This document shows, in pieces, positions 1 through 13,646 of a stretch of 64,000 bases of DNA. A model generated the notes under the pieces. That model was given only the letters and a program-made list of their open reading frames with translations. It had not been told where the DNA came from and ran no database searches. Source of the stretch: the human T2T-CHM13v2.0 reference genome, Homo sapiens; assembly GCF_009914755.1 (NCBI RefSeq), contig NC_060925.1. The stretch is one strand, 5' to 3'. The position numbers and the translations under genes are program-made. Positions within the stretch are counted from its first letter, which is position 1. Each line of letters starts with the position of its first letter.

Positions 1-884
1 ATTTTTCCATACTATTTCATATACTTCAAAAACTGCTTAGGATGGTTTCATAATTCGTCTCATGAATGTGCTGTAGTTTAGTGAGTAATTTGATTCTTGT
101 AGGAAATTAGACTCCTCCCAGTTTTCACTGCTCTTAAGTATATCATGTTGAGCATTCTTATTTATAGCCCTTTTAAAAGTTGTATCTCTGGTTGTTTCCA
201 TAATATAGATTCAGATTTATAATTACTGGATCAAAGGTAATGAACATTTTTTCAAGTTCTCGATATTACCAAATGTTATAAAAATACTTTCTAGAGGAAA
301 ACTGATGAATTTTATGGGTGAGTTGTTTCTTAAAGTAAAACAGAATAATAAAATTTATGAAATTTAGATTAGTAAAGAATCTTAGAGACATTGTGGTCTC
401 ATACCTTAATCATTTAACAAATGTTTATTAAATTAACAGAAAATAAAAAGTAGATTCTTTCCTCATAGCTCATAGACTAAAAAGAGGACTGTTGATGATA
501 TGAATAACCACTATACAGTATACAATTTTTTTTCATTATATGGAAACACAGAAGTAGTAGTTATTAGGTATACTTGGAAAATTATATTTAAATTGGACTT
601 CGAAAGATCTGTAAAATTCTCCCAAGAGGAAAAAAAAAATAGTATTTCAAGCATGGGAAAGAGCATGAGCAAAGTTACCTATCCTGTGACCATTTGGACT
701 TTGATTATTTACTGGTTCCTGATCCCAGAAGTCTCTCAATTCATATCAGGTATATATCTAACAGATATAAAATATTCAAACCTGAGATGGGGCTCATTGC
801 AGTGGAATTCACAACCAGGGTGAAGACTGTGCGCATATGTGGTTTGAAAAAGCCTCCCAGCCAGTAATTCTGATATGTCTTTCA

Positions 885-1095
885 AAGTAGCTTGCTATGA
901 CTACTCTGTGTCACTGTTTTACATGCATTAGCTCATTTAATCCCTATGCCATAGATAGGATCATTAATCCTCTCTTTAGTGATTGCATAACTGCAAGTTA
1001 GAGATAGTAAATGCTCTACAAAAAGTCACATAGTGCAAGCTGAGGCTGGATCTGGGCCTGAGGAAGCTGATCCAGAGCTCACCCTTTTAACCCCA
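885..1095 (-). mobile_element. MIR SINE remnant
   Basis: ttttacatgcattagctcatttaatcc and aagtcacatag core-like segments; borders approximate. Confidence 0.55.
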
Positions 1096-1399
1096 ACACA
1101 AACACCGCCTCCTTTTGGGGTTCACTGCGCAGAACCCTTCAGGGAAGGTTGATAAGCCGAACATACAGATATAATTGCACTGAAGTATAGTAACAACCGT
1201 GATAAAATAGGAGCAGGGAGCAGAGTGGAAAGTGAGCCTGATTCTATCTAATTGGTTAGAACAGGCTTGAGTTAGGTAGTACCATGAGAACTGAGCCATG
1301 AATATAAATACTTTACCAGGTGAACAAATTTATGCAAGAAAATTTGAATAGATGAGCCACCAAGTTCAATGAGATGAAATTAATGCATCTTGGAATTTG

Positions 1400-1870
1400 C
1401 AGCAATCTGACATGATTCAAATACTGGCTGAGTACAGAGAAGTAGAAAGCAATAAAGACATAGACGTACGTAGTGAGCAGATCAATCTCACATAGACAGG
1501 CAGGAAGATTCTGAGTGGACAAGGGGTGTGTGTTTGATTGGGTCGGCGGGGAGTATTTGGAAGGAAATGGAGGAGGAGAGAGAGAGGCATTTCAGGTAGA
1601 GGAAATGTCCCAATGCCCCAGCATTCTTAGAACACAGTGACCATGAGATGATAGAAAATGTTTTCTGATTATAGAAACTCAACAAACTTCTATACTTTAT
1701 AAGGAATTTTCATTTTACTCTAAATGCAATATCCAGCCATTGAAATAGTCTATTCAGGGAAATGGAGTGACATGATTTATGTCTTGAAAGTACTGCTCTG
1801 GCAAGAGGAGAATTTGTGAGACCAGTTTGGAAACAATTGTGATTTTGACAAAGGAGGGAGACAGAGGAGC
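1400..1870 (-). mobile_element. L2 LINE remnant
   Basis: Purine-rich L2-like motifs (agccattgaa, gtgacatgattt, gagaccagtt); heavily diverged. Confidence 0.45.
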
Positions 1871-3093
1871 TGGGAAGAGCTAAACAAATCTTTCTATTTT
1901 TAGGGACAGTCAGTGTTCTAGATAGTAACTGTTTAGAATTTTCTGTAATCTATGTATAAATGCTTCTTAATAAAATTGTGTCATTCCATGATTTCCTTCA
2001 AGTCAATAGTATGTAGGTTACTGTGATGTTTTGCTGTTTGAGATGTCTGCATTTCTTTCCAGAAGCTTTGAAAGAAACATTTTCATTTGTGATTTTTTTC
2101 CCAAAGTTGATAAGCCTCAAGTATTTCTCTTTCTCCTCACTCCTTCCTCCACACTAACATGTATGTGTACTCTATTTAAATCAACATTTTTCAGTATTCT
2201 TTGACTTTTTTAAACTATTAGTCTCAAAATATACATTACTTTCAGTGGTGATTTTGCCATTGGACAGGAGAATTAATGAGAAGAAAATTTTTCAAATCAT
2301 TCAAGTCATTAGTCGTTGAATTCTAAGATTTGATGCCATTTATATATATTAGAAAAAATAACAAAATTGTATTTTCTCCTTTTTACTGATTGCCTGCTGT
2401 TCTGACCCAGCTGTCTGGTGAAAACTGCAGCTAATTAAAGGTGATTACTTCCCTGTCATTTTGAGTTAAAGTACATTTTATTTTATAAATTATCTGTGAT
2501 TGTGTTACAGTGTGTACTTTGCATACTTTGCACAAATGTTTGCTTTTAAAGCAATAGTCAACTTAGTTTAATGCAAAGCCATGAGATTCTGTTTCTTTCA
2601 GGGACCTGGTATAAACAAATTATCACATAAAAACATGGTCTACACATATGTGATACAAGTTTACCATGAGATTATAGTCATTTACAATAGTTTTCATGAG
2701 AATGTTTCATTCTCATAACTGAGTCATTTCTTTTTCCATTTTTAATTGGCAAACTGCTCATTCTTCTAGATGATTCAGCTAAAATGAATATACTTAGCTA
2801 AAATAATTCTTCTTCAGCAAGGCTGTCTGATGAACTTGCCCTACAGGAGAACCTTGACAAAGATTCACTGATAGCCACATAAACAGTGATTTGCAGCAGT
2901 GCCTGACAACATGTTAAATATGAGAGTGTAAATGTCAATAACTTTTCAAATCATGCTGAGAATTTCATCTTGGTCAGTATGTCTGGTGATTGGTATTCTT
3001 TTTAAAACTGTTAAAAGTCAGAGAATGTGAAATATTGGCAAAGATGTAGATTGGTGAGAACGCTTTTACACTGATGATAGAAATGAAAATTGA

Positions 3094-3440
<347 letters not shown>

Positions 3441-3783
3441 TATGGCACTGTCTTATTAAGTCAAAAATGTCTATACTCTGACCCAGCACTTGGCCCCTAG
3501 ATATATACTCCAGTGCACAGGTGACCAGGTGAAATAAAAATGGCATTCATATTGATAGCAACAGCACCAAAACCCTCAGATATTTTTCAACAAAATAATA
3601 GCTGAGTGAATTATGGTATCTTCTTTCAAAGGACATCGGTTGAACTGTCAAACTGATTGAACTGTATTTACCTGCATTAAAAATGGGTAAATCTTATTAA
3701 CACAAGCTTGAGGAAAAGCAAGTTGTAGGAAAAATATGAACAGTATGATTTCAGTTTTTAAAGTTCAAATATATAGACAAGTA

Positions 3784-4140
3784 CAGTAGTCTCCCCTTAT
3801 CTGTGGGGAGTAAGACCCCCAATGAATGCCTCAAGCCACGGATAGTACCAAACTCTATATGTACTATGTTTTTCTTATGCATACATACCTATGATAAAAC
3901 TTAATTTATAAATTAGGTTCAGTAAGAAATTAATAATAATAATAAAAATAATTATAACAATATACTGTAATAACAGTTATACAAATGTTGTATACAAATA
4001 TTATTTGTATACAAAAGTTATACAAATGTGGTATCTCTCTCTCTCTCCCTCTTAAAATGCGGTAATATTTTCCGACTGTGCTTAACCATTGGTAACTGAA
4101 ACCACAGGAAGCGAACCCATGGATAAGGGAGGGCAACTTC
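3784..4140. mobile_element. MER44-type non-autonomous Tigger DNA transposon
   Basis: TA|cagtagtctccccttatc at the left end and ggataagggagggcaact at the right end form terminal inverted repeats; about 355 bp. Confidence 0.75.
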
Positions 4141-5204
4141 ACTTGTTTAGGGATAGCCGGGGGATGAGAAACACAAAGTTAAAGGTTGTAGTTACCTCTG
4201 GGCCTGAGAGAGGGACAGAGAGAAACACACTGAATTTTTCCAAAGCATTGGCTATGTTCTGCTTCTTAAACTGGAAATGTAGTAGGTGAATATTCATTTA
4301 GTCTTTACATGTAACGTACATGTTATGTATGCTCCGTAGTACTTCTTTAATAATCGTATACAAGAGGAAAGAAAAATAGGCAACCAGTCAGGAATATGTT
4401 TGAATTTGAGTTGATATTTAGTCCCACAAATTTAAAATATGTGACTGCTCAGCCTTTCCTATACTTTATGAAGAAATTATATAACAGCATATTCAAAAAT
4501 AAGCATCATTAAAGAACATAAGAAATTTAAAGAACAAACTATGTTTAAGACTTTATATATTTGCGCATGATGGTGCTAATAATATAAAACTTATTTGGGA
4601 AAAACAATCTGAGAAACTGGCATATTTTATGGTCAACAATTCAAACAGATATTATGTATAAGCAATTAATAAATTAGAAATAATTTCCAGTGTCAGAAAG
4701 CTGTTGAGTACTTAGAGAAACATAACCCATTAATTTTGGTTACTGCTTCTACTATTTCTGTGTGAAGTTGGGGAAACAAAAACCACATTTACTATTTTAA
4801 TAGCAGTAATTTAACATAGAGAATGAAGTTAAACACACGTTGAAGGATGTTAAATGCAGAAAGAGGATGCTGAGGAAAATGTGGAAAGCGTATACCATCC
4901 GTACGGCCAGGGGAATAAAGTGAAAATGTTGGGGTTAGCAAAGAATCATGTAACTACCTGAAAACTACAGCTGGACGTTCCACTGACATCTGAAACCTAG
5001 TGAGTTCAAAACCAAATGCATTTTCATTCCTCTGAAACCTACTCTTCTTCCTCCATCTCCATCTCAAAGCCACCCAGACTCTATATCCATTCGGAATCCT
5101 CTGTTCTCCTCCCGACAGCACTCATCAACGCACATTAGAATCTCCATGTGAGCTTTCTATGAGCCTTGTCGTGGAGATTACTTTTCTTTTTTACTTTATA
5201 TCTT

Positions 5205-6239
<1,035 letters not shown>

Positions 6240-8249
6240 AAGAGATCACTTTTCAAAATGACTTAGGTTGGAGCCCTGTCAGGTACATTCTGAAAAGAGT
6301 CCCCAGTTGATTCTGAAGTTTACATCTTCATGAAGGAGCACTGACCTTCCGTTCAATTACCAAGCTCTGCAAATTTTACCCCCTAAATATTTCTTGTGTC
6401 TGTATCTTCCCTTGTCTGAATTTAACTCTCGCTTTTGTCAGTACATATACAGTACTTGTGAAAGGTAGTGAGGCCAGACATCAATGTTTTTACTGTTTCT
6501 ATGTTTTTTGTTTGTTTTGTTTTGCTTGTTTGTTTGCCTCACTACATGGAGTGACTGGGTTTTCTCAAATTATTTTCCCAGTGTCCGGTCACTAGCTCTG
6601 TGGATATTGAGAGGCAGAGTTGGTGCACAGGGCAATGACTGATTTGATGGTGCAGACTTAACAAGTAAGGTTTGAGTCTAAAACCAAAAGTCGAGCCTGT
6701 GGTACCTACCACACAGCATAGGTCCTGACTGTGCCATATATAGCATGCCCCTGGTGGGCTGATTTTATAGTTTTTGTTCTGGGAGTCATTTTTGGAGACC
6801 AAGTGTAGAGCCCAATGTCTGTGCACTTACACCTACTTTGCAAGCATCTTGCTGCCTACATTGATCTGCTTTAAGTGGCTACAATGGTGTCTGTTTCCTA
6901 AAACTGAACCCAGAATAATGTACAAACCAGGCTTACGTGGGAAACAGTTGGATTTTAGAAGAAAGCTTTCTGATCTGATTACAGTTATTTCTTTTCCTTT
7001 GTATCTGTTATGTGACTTCCTTCCTACTTGCTGAGGCTGGTTTGTAGATGCCAATGAAACTTTCTGGAAGCTCACAGAAAAGCAGCAACTCTAAGCTGTG
7101 ATTAACATTGATTGAACTTGTAGACTTGTATAAATTATTCCAATTCCCTACTCAAAAAAAAAATAGCCAGACTCTTCATGATCATGGTTCATTCCAGGGA
7201 GTGGCATGTCATGTCCTTGCTTTAATCTGACAGTGATAAACTGGTGTTTGCCCCACAACGTGCCACTCTGTGGATGGCATGGATGTATTGGAACCCATTG
7301 TCTGGTGGGAATGTCTGACATTTTTCTTTCTTTCCTCTGGCTGGGTTATTCTTTGTATTTGGAAACCTAATGCATGCTTTCTGATACTAGCCCTTCAACA
7401 TGATATAAAATCTTTTTGACTCAGAGAAGTCTTTAAATTAAACAAAAGTTGAGATGATTGGAATTACTCGGTTATGCCAACAGTCTCCTAACAAATGTTT
7501 TTTAATATTTGGATTTGACTGCAATGCAAGTTTTCCAGGAACTCTATCTTTGTTCTGTTTTTAATAATGTTTCTAAATGACCCTTCAAGTTTGTGAGATT
7601 GTAGTGTTCGGTATTTTTTTTTTTTATTTACATAGTCACATACCAATTTTGAGGATGATAAGTAATAGCCAAGATGATATGTTGTGCAACTTGATGTGCT
7701 ACAGTTAAGAGAAGAATGGTGTCCAGTCTTCTAAATATATTCCTTATATATAAGCACATTGAGCATATTTATATGTGGCATTGTGTATGTACAAAATATA
7801 TGAGAGTTATGAATGTAGAAACTCTAGAACGTGACATTCTATTTTTACATTTATCCAACAGGCTCTTCCTTCTTAATATAGTGAATAAGTAAAGCAACAA
7901 TTACCAAGAAATAACTGTACAGGTTTTATATCACACTGAGCTTTGGAAATTTGGATGTGAGTTTTGGTGGTTTACCTCAGTGACCACTGGAGACTTAATA
8001 TCCCTATTAAGGAAAGCCTTGGCCTTGATTATGGGCATCATTGAAAGCACTTTCTTTCATACAGGGTCTTAGTACTTCCTCTGCATTTCAGACACTTGAC
8101 ACACAGAGGTGAATAGGATAGCCCTTGGCTTCAAGGAATGCAAATTATAATCAGAAACAAAGATACACAAACAAATACATTCAATGAAATAATATAATTA
8201 ACAGCTTTTTTATTTTTAAAAGAGTTTTCTAACAGCCAGCTTAGCACTT

Positions 8250-8370
8250 TAAGTTCAACTTCCAGTTGAGGCTGAGATAATTTAAGTAGCTAGCCCAAGA
8301 TTACAGAGCTAATAGAAGAACTGGACTTGCATCCAGATCCGTTTAACCAGTGCTTTGATTCTATCCTATA
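8250..8370 (-). mobile_element. MIR remnant
   Basis: gaggctgaga..aagtagctagcccaagattacagagcta core. Confidence 0.55.
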
Positions 8371-9517
8371 TCATTTGTACGTGTTCTGTAGAAAAGGGAG
8401 ATGCAAAGTTGAGGGGAGATTGACCCTCTTGTCTTGAGGTAACAGTTGAACCAGACTCTGGGAATGGATAAGTAGAAGTTCAAAACTGGTCATTAAGTGG
8501 TGAGAGTATGTCTGGTGGGTGAATAGCATGGGGAAGGGTTGGAGAAATGTGCATAAGCAAGACATTTTGCAGATAAACAAGAAGCTCACTATGACAGGAA
8601 GATACAATGAAATTATTTATTCATTCCACAAAGAACTGTTGAGTGCATATTGCCTGTGGGAGATTATTCTAAGTACTGGTAATACAGCAAAGTGAGTAAA
8701 TGGAGACTGTCTCATAGGAGATGAGAGTAGAGAAGAAATCTATCCTCAAAACAAGCAGACTTGTTCTGTGACTCATTAAATACCTGAACTATCAGTGGTG
8801 GACTTTTAAAAACATCTTTTTACTTTGTAATGGCACAAGTATTTGTGTGACTATATCCAGCATATTTTAAAGCAACCTCCAGACATGTCATTCCGCAGGG
8901 GGTGCACTGTAGAGAGATATTTACTCAGTATACAGTTGGGAATTCTAATATTTTGAGCTGCTTAGTAAGGAAAAAGCTGCCCAGAAGCAATAAGAATGCA
9001 CATGACTTGAAACACCCAGACACTGGACAGGTGCGTTTCATGACCTTCTAGAAGGAGGACTGTAGATGAGGTGAGGCTGCCAGTAAATGACTTTACAGTT
9101 TTTCTAGAGCTGAAATTCTACATGTTTCCCAGTGTGCACAGGAAATTCTATAAATTAGGGGGAAAAGGTAGAAGAAATAGAAAAAATAGTTTTTGCATGC
9201 ATTGATGTTACAAATACAGTTCATATGAATGGCCCAAGGACATCGATAAAATTAAGTGAAAATTAATTTAAAATAAGGAAAATTATTATAGCATGCATTT
9301 TCTTATCTGTTGAATGTTCTATTGTTTCAACATTAGAGTAAAAATGAAGACCCAGAGGATGGTTGTCACCATGTAGAAGACTTTGTCACAGCCAGTCTGT
9401 GATCTTTCTCTACTTCCCCAGCTAATGAAGTCCTCCTTTAAGTCACCAGACCCAGTAGATGATTCTGGAAGTTTCTAGTGTTAGCGTGTTCATACAGGAT
9501 CCTAGACCCCAAGACAC

Positions 9518-9603
9518 TGTATGATGTCATGGGTGTGTATGATGTCATGGATGTGTATGATATCATGGATGTGTATGATATCATGGATGTGTATGATGTC
9601 ATG
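9518..9603. repeat. 18-bp tandem repeat, about 4.8 copies (TGTATGATRTCATGGRTG)
   Basis: Units start at 9518, 9536, 9554, 9572 and 9590. Confidence 0.95.
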
Positions 9604-9834
9604 AATAAAAGGACAGTTATTACTTCTACTTTTTAACTTAAAAATGGAAAATGAAATAATTGTGACCAGTAATGAAAATATTAGCCTTCCTTGCCTCTGG
9701 CTTTTAGGTTTTGCAAATCAGTCAAGGTGAGAGATTAGATTTTTTTTTCCCTGCTAGCCTACGTTATTAAACATGAGGCTAATAGGATTTTACTTTCCTC
9801 ATTGGGATTGAAAAGTCACTACTTGAAGACTGTA

Positions 9835-9950
9835 ATGTAGTAGAAGACAAGCTCGCTGAGGACAGGGGTTTTGTCAGTTCTGTTCGTGGCAGTCTTCAGC
9901 ACCTAGAGCAGTCCCTTGAATCAGTAGATAGTTGATCGATATCTGTGTCA
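9835..9950 (+). mobile_element. L2 3' end
   Basis: aagctcgctgaggacagggg..cagcacctagagcagt, typical of the L2 tail. Confidence 0.55.
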
Positions 9951-9974
9951 TGTGTACGTTAGAAACTGCTCAGA

Positions 9975-10259
9975 GGCCGGTAGTAATCTCAGCACTTTGG
10001 GAGGCCAAAGCAGGTGGATCACCTGAGGTCAGGAGTTCAAGAACACCCTGGCCAATGTGATGAAACCCTCTCTCTACTAAAAATACAAAAATTAACAGGG
10101 CGTGGTGGCAGGCGCCTGTAATCCCAGCTACTCGGGAGGCCAAGGCACAAGAATCGCTTGAACCGGGAGATGGAGGTTGCAGTGAGTCAAGATCGTGCCA
10201 CTGCACTCCAGGCTGGGCAACAGAGCAAGACTTTGTCTCAAAAAAAATTTAAAAAAAAC
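9975..10259 (+). mobile_element. AluS with a deletion at the 5' end
   Basis: TSD aaactgctcaga at 9963-74 and 10260-71. Confidence 0.95.
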
Positions 10260-10539
10260 AAACTGCTCAGAGACTTTTGGGAACACTGTGTCACCTGACG
10301 TTGCTAGAAATAACCCACTGAAATGATAAGGGCTGTTAAATCTCGGCCTCATTTCTTTTAAGTGATGTAACTTGTCTTCCATATATTCAGTATCCTTACA
10401 CAGTTTTAGGAAACTCTCAAATTTATGACATGATTTAAGTATATCCTTAATATGCATCTGGAAACATTGTTAAAGAGCAGAATTTCCAGCCACGTGAGGC
10501 TGTCGTAAATGATACAGCCCACAGGAAGTTGACTACGGA

Positions 10540-10850
10540 TGTCTTGTCATCTGACCCATCCCTTTCTACATTTCTGACAAGCAGTCAGCTACTTTCTGAA
10601 TAATCCCAGTGACAAAGGGCTCACCCCCTCAGAAGGCAGGTTACGTCACTGTAGGAGTTCTGTAAACACTAGCCATCCCTGTTAGGTAGAACTAACATCT
10701 CTCTCTAACTTCTACTCATGCAACTTCCTCCTTCCTTGAGATCAACACAGAGAATGTCAACACCCGGTCATTCATGAGACCACACTTCAGCTCTTTGAAA
10801 ACAGCTACTGTATTTTATCTTACACTTCCTTAGGCTGAACTCCACTTGGT
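10540..10850 (-). mobile_element. L3/CR1 LINE relic
   Basis: cagtgacaaagggctcaccccctcagaaggcag..cttcagctctttgaaaacagcta resembles the antisense L3 ORF2 3' region. Confidence 0.6.
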
Positions 10851-10859
10851 CTTATAAAA

Positions 10860-11110
10860 ACAATAGCAGCAATAGCTACTGTTTTTTGTGCATGTACTTA
10901 GCCAGCACAAAGTCAGTTTCAGGCATTTTACACTCATAGTGGCTGATCATCACACTAACGTTAGAGAATTCATTAAACTCACTACCATATAATGCAACTA
11001 AGATCCAAAAATGTTAGGTAATTAGCCCCAAATCGTAAGGCACATTCAGTGGATGGGTGACCTGGAATTTAAACCCTGTCTGCTAGATTCCAACATCTAG
11101 AATGTTATTT
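10860..11110 (-). mobile_element. MIR remnant
   Basis: gttaggtaattagcccca..ctggaatttaaaccc. Confidence 0.5.
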
Positions 11111-11269
11111 CCACTTAAGTAACTATTTATACAGCAACTAACCCATCCAACAGCAATTTATTGCCTAAGTCAGGCACAAATGGAAATAAGATGGATTTCC
11201 TTTCAAGTAGCTCAGTCTAGTGGGGCAGAAGACACATAGTTACAAATAACTTTAATATAGTGTGGTAGT

Positions 11270-11465
11270 TGATATTGAATCCCACCTCCTCAACTTGTGA
11301 ACTATAGAAATGTGGGCAATCTCTTTGTAGTTCATTTTTCGCTGATGTAAAGTAAGCATATTAATCATCTACTTCAAAGGGTTTTATGAGGATTGAATGG
11401 GACAGTACAGGTAACATGCTTAATGTGCTCCCTGGCACATAAAAAGTACTCAGTACATGACAGCC
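11270..11465 (+). mobile_element. MIR remnant
   Basis: gggttttatgaggattgaatg..cctggcacataaaaagtactcagt. Confidence 0.65.
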
Positions 11466-11479
11466 TTAACTCTGTATGC

Positions 11480-12260
11480 ACAAGATGCCCTGGAATCACC
11501 AAAGAAGGACGCCTCATCCTGCTTGGAGACAAGTGGCAGGGAATGGAGAAAAGCAGGCCCTGTGGGGAGGTCAGGGAATGCTGTTCAGGGGCAGTTACAT
11601 CTGGAGATTAACATTTGCATTGAGTCTGCAGAAGATATCAGGACTAGAGGGAGATGGATGGTTTAAAAGTTGGCAAGGTCTACATTGTAGCGAGTGCTAC
11701 AAATCATGGTGTAGGCTTTGCAATTCTTCCTGTATTCAGGGTGTAGCTGAGAGGGCAGAGGTCACTGAACAGTTTCAGGTTAAGCGGTTGGGTCTCTTCT
11801 GGATGGCTTTTTAAGGCTGTGAGGAGGAGCATGGATCTGTGGAAGACTGGAGATGAGAAGCCAAGGGTAAGAGGTTTTCACAGTAGCCTCAGTAGGAAAA
11901 ATGAAGGCATTTGTACCAGCATAGAACAGGAATGGAGAGGATAGGGCCAACTGAAGAATGGAGGCAAAAACAACAGGATGTTGGAATAAAGAGAGGGGGT
12001 TGAGAATAAGTCTCCTGTTTTGGCTCAAGTTATGTAGGTCAGGTGGTGGCACCACCAATGAAGGGAGAATAAGGGAGGTGGCAGGTTTAGAGAAGTCTGT
12101 GAGGAATTCTGTACTGGTGGAAGTTTCATATGTTGAGTCTGGAGCTATGAAATACATGGGCTATAGATACAGGTTAGAAATTCTCCAGCATCCAGCCTGC
12201 AAGAGGCTACCTGGGCACAGGTGAGGGATGAGAAGCAGACGGGCAGAGAGAACCCTGGAT
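11480..12260 (-). mobile_element. L2 remnant
   Basis: Purine-rich antisense L2-like text; the overlapping ORFs are non-coding. Confidence 0.5.
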
Positions 12261-12739
12261 CTGCCTACGCTGATCTTAGATTTTACTAAGCCCAAAGTCA
12301 TCCACATTTGCTGGGAAGGATGTGCACTAATAATACAGCCTTCCTAGATTCCCATGCTTAGATAAACTAATGACCTGGAAGGGAAAAAAGAGGACACTGT
12401 AGCTTTATAAAAGAAAGAAAATATATTAGAAATGCAATGACAAAGTCTCCTGGGAGAAATGGCAACCTTACCTTAAGAACTGTAGTGAGAGGTTTTGGGG
12501 ATTTTTTTGTTGTTGTCGTTGTTGTTTTTTTTTGCATCAGATGTGTTCTATCCAAAGTTTTGTGTTTAAATATGTACTTTTCATTGTTGAATTACTTCCT
12601 TACTGGCTCCGGTTTCTTGCTATTACCAAAATGGCAGACATTTCTTCAGAATCTTCTTAGAGGTACTTCTCAATATTAACCCAAATGGAATCTGTAGACT
12701 ACCTAAGACATTTATGATGCCACAGGCATGAAAAGAGGA

Positions 12740-12950
12740 TAAACTTTGGTGTTAGATCAGGATTTCAGTTATGAATTTGCTGCATATTATCTGTGGACTC
12801 TTGGGCAAATTAGTGCCTTATTTGAGCCTTAACTTCCTCAGCTATAAAAGGAGGTAATAAGTCTACTTTATGGGCTTCATTCTAAGGATTATGTTAAATA
12901 ATGGATAAAATGCATCTGACATGTAATAGATGCTCTACAATTATTGGATG
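12740..12950 (+). mobile_element. MIR remnant
   Basis: cttgggcaaatta..gagccttaacttcctcagctataaaagg. Confidence 0.65.
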
Positions 12951-13039
12951 CTATACTAACATTACCACCCATGTTATTATTTATTATTTTTCAGAAATCT
13001 GGTCTTTAGGAATAAACTTTTATTATAAGTCAGTTGATA

Positions 13040-13270
13040 CTGATGATGATGGTGATGATGATAGAAAATAGTTACATATTGCTTTACTCTGTGCCGGGCA
13101 TTATTCTAACACTTCACGTCTCTTCACAGATCTGATCCTTATAACTGCACAGTGAGGCAGGCTCTGCTATCATGCCCATTTTACAGATGAAGAGACTGAG
13201 ATTTAGAGGTTATATAACATGCCCAACTGATTGGTTTGGGAATAATCAAACTGAGATTATAAATTCTGCA
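13040..13270 (-). mobile_element. MIR remnant with a (GAT)n tail
   Basis: cccattttacagatgaagagactgag core. Confidence 0.75.
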
Positions 13271-13474
13271 TAATTTCTTTTTACAGCCCTCTAAAAGGAA
13301 GCCTTGATCATCGGCTTCTCATGTCCGTATTTGGATGTTTCCAAAATGTGTGCAGAACATATGCTGATTAGGGGAGTTAACAGAATTTTCTAACATTAGC
13401 TAAGATGTTTTCAAAATTGCCTTAATGCTCCACTAACAGTGTGACACTCTAAATAATGTTCTGTCTAATTTCAG

Positions 13475-13567
13475 CCTGTGAAGTTGAAGCAGGGAAAGTA
13501 TACCAGGTCTCCTCAAAAGAGCATATGCAGCCTTTCAAGGAAAACATGGAACAATTTATTATTCAAG
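13475..13567 (+). CDS. FMN2: Internal coding exon of formin-2 (FH2 domain, C-terminal part), 93 nt, phase 1 to phase 1
   Basis: Acceptor ctgtctaatttcAG (13473-74) and donor caag|GTaaat (13568). The translation (A)[30 protein letters not shown] matches FMN2 as I recall it and joins in frame to the exon at 50073. Probably exon 14 of 18 (from memory, not verified). Confidence 0.95.
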
Positions 13568-13606
13568 GTAAATTCCAAAGAGATGTGTTATGTTTTTCTC
13601 CCCTTT

Positions 13607-13610
<4 letters not shown>

Positions 13611-13642
<32 letters not shown>
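13611..13642 (+). repeat. Uninterrupted A32 tract
   Basis: Read directly; it begins at intron position +44 after the exon donor. Confidence 0.95.

Positions 13643-13646
<4 letters not shown>

Noticed and set aside
9518-9603. CRISPR-like array (also considered for 63526-63956)
   Set aside because: Head-to-tail tandem units with no unique spacers, in primate intronic DNA with no cas genes.
12740-13270. Inverted MIR pair just upstream of the 93-nt exon as an RNA hairpin
   Set aside because: The copies are too diverged for me to see any extended complementarity.
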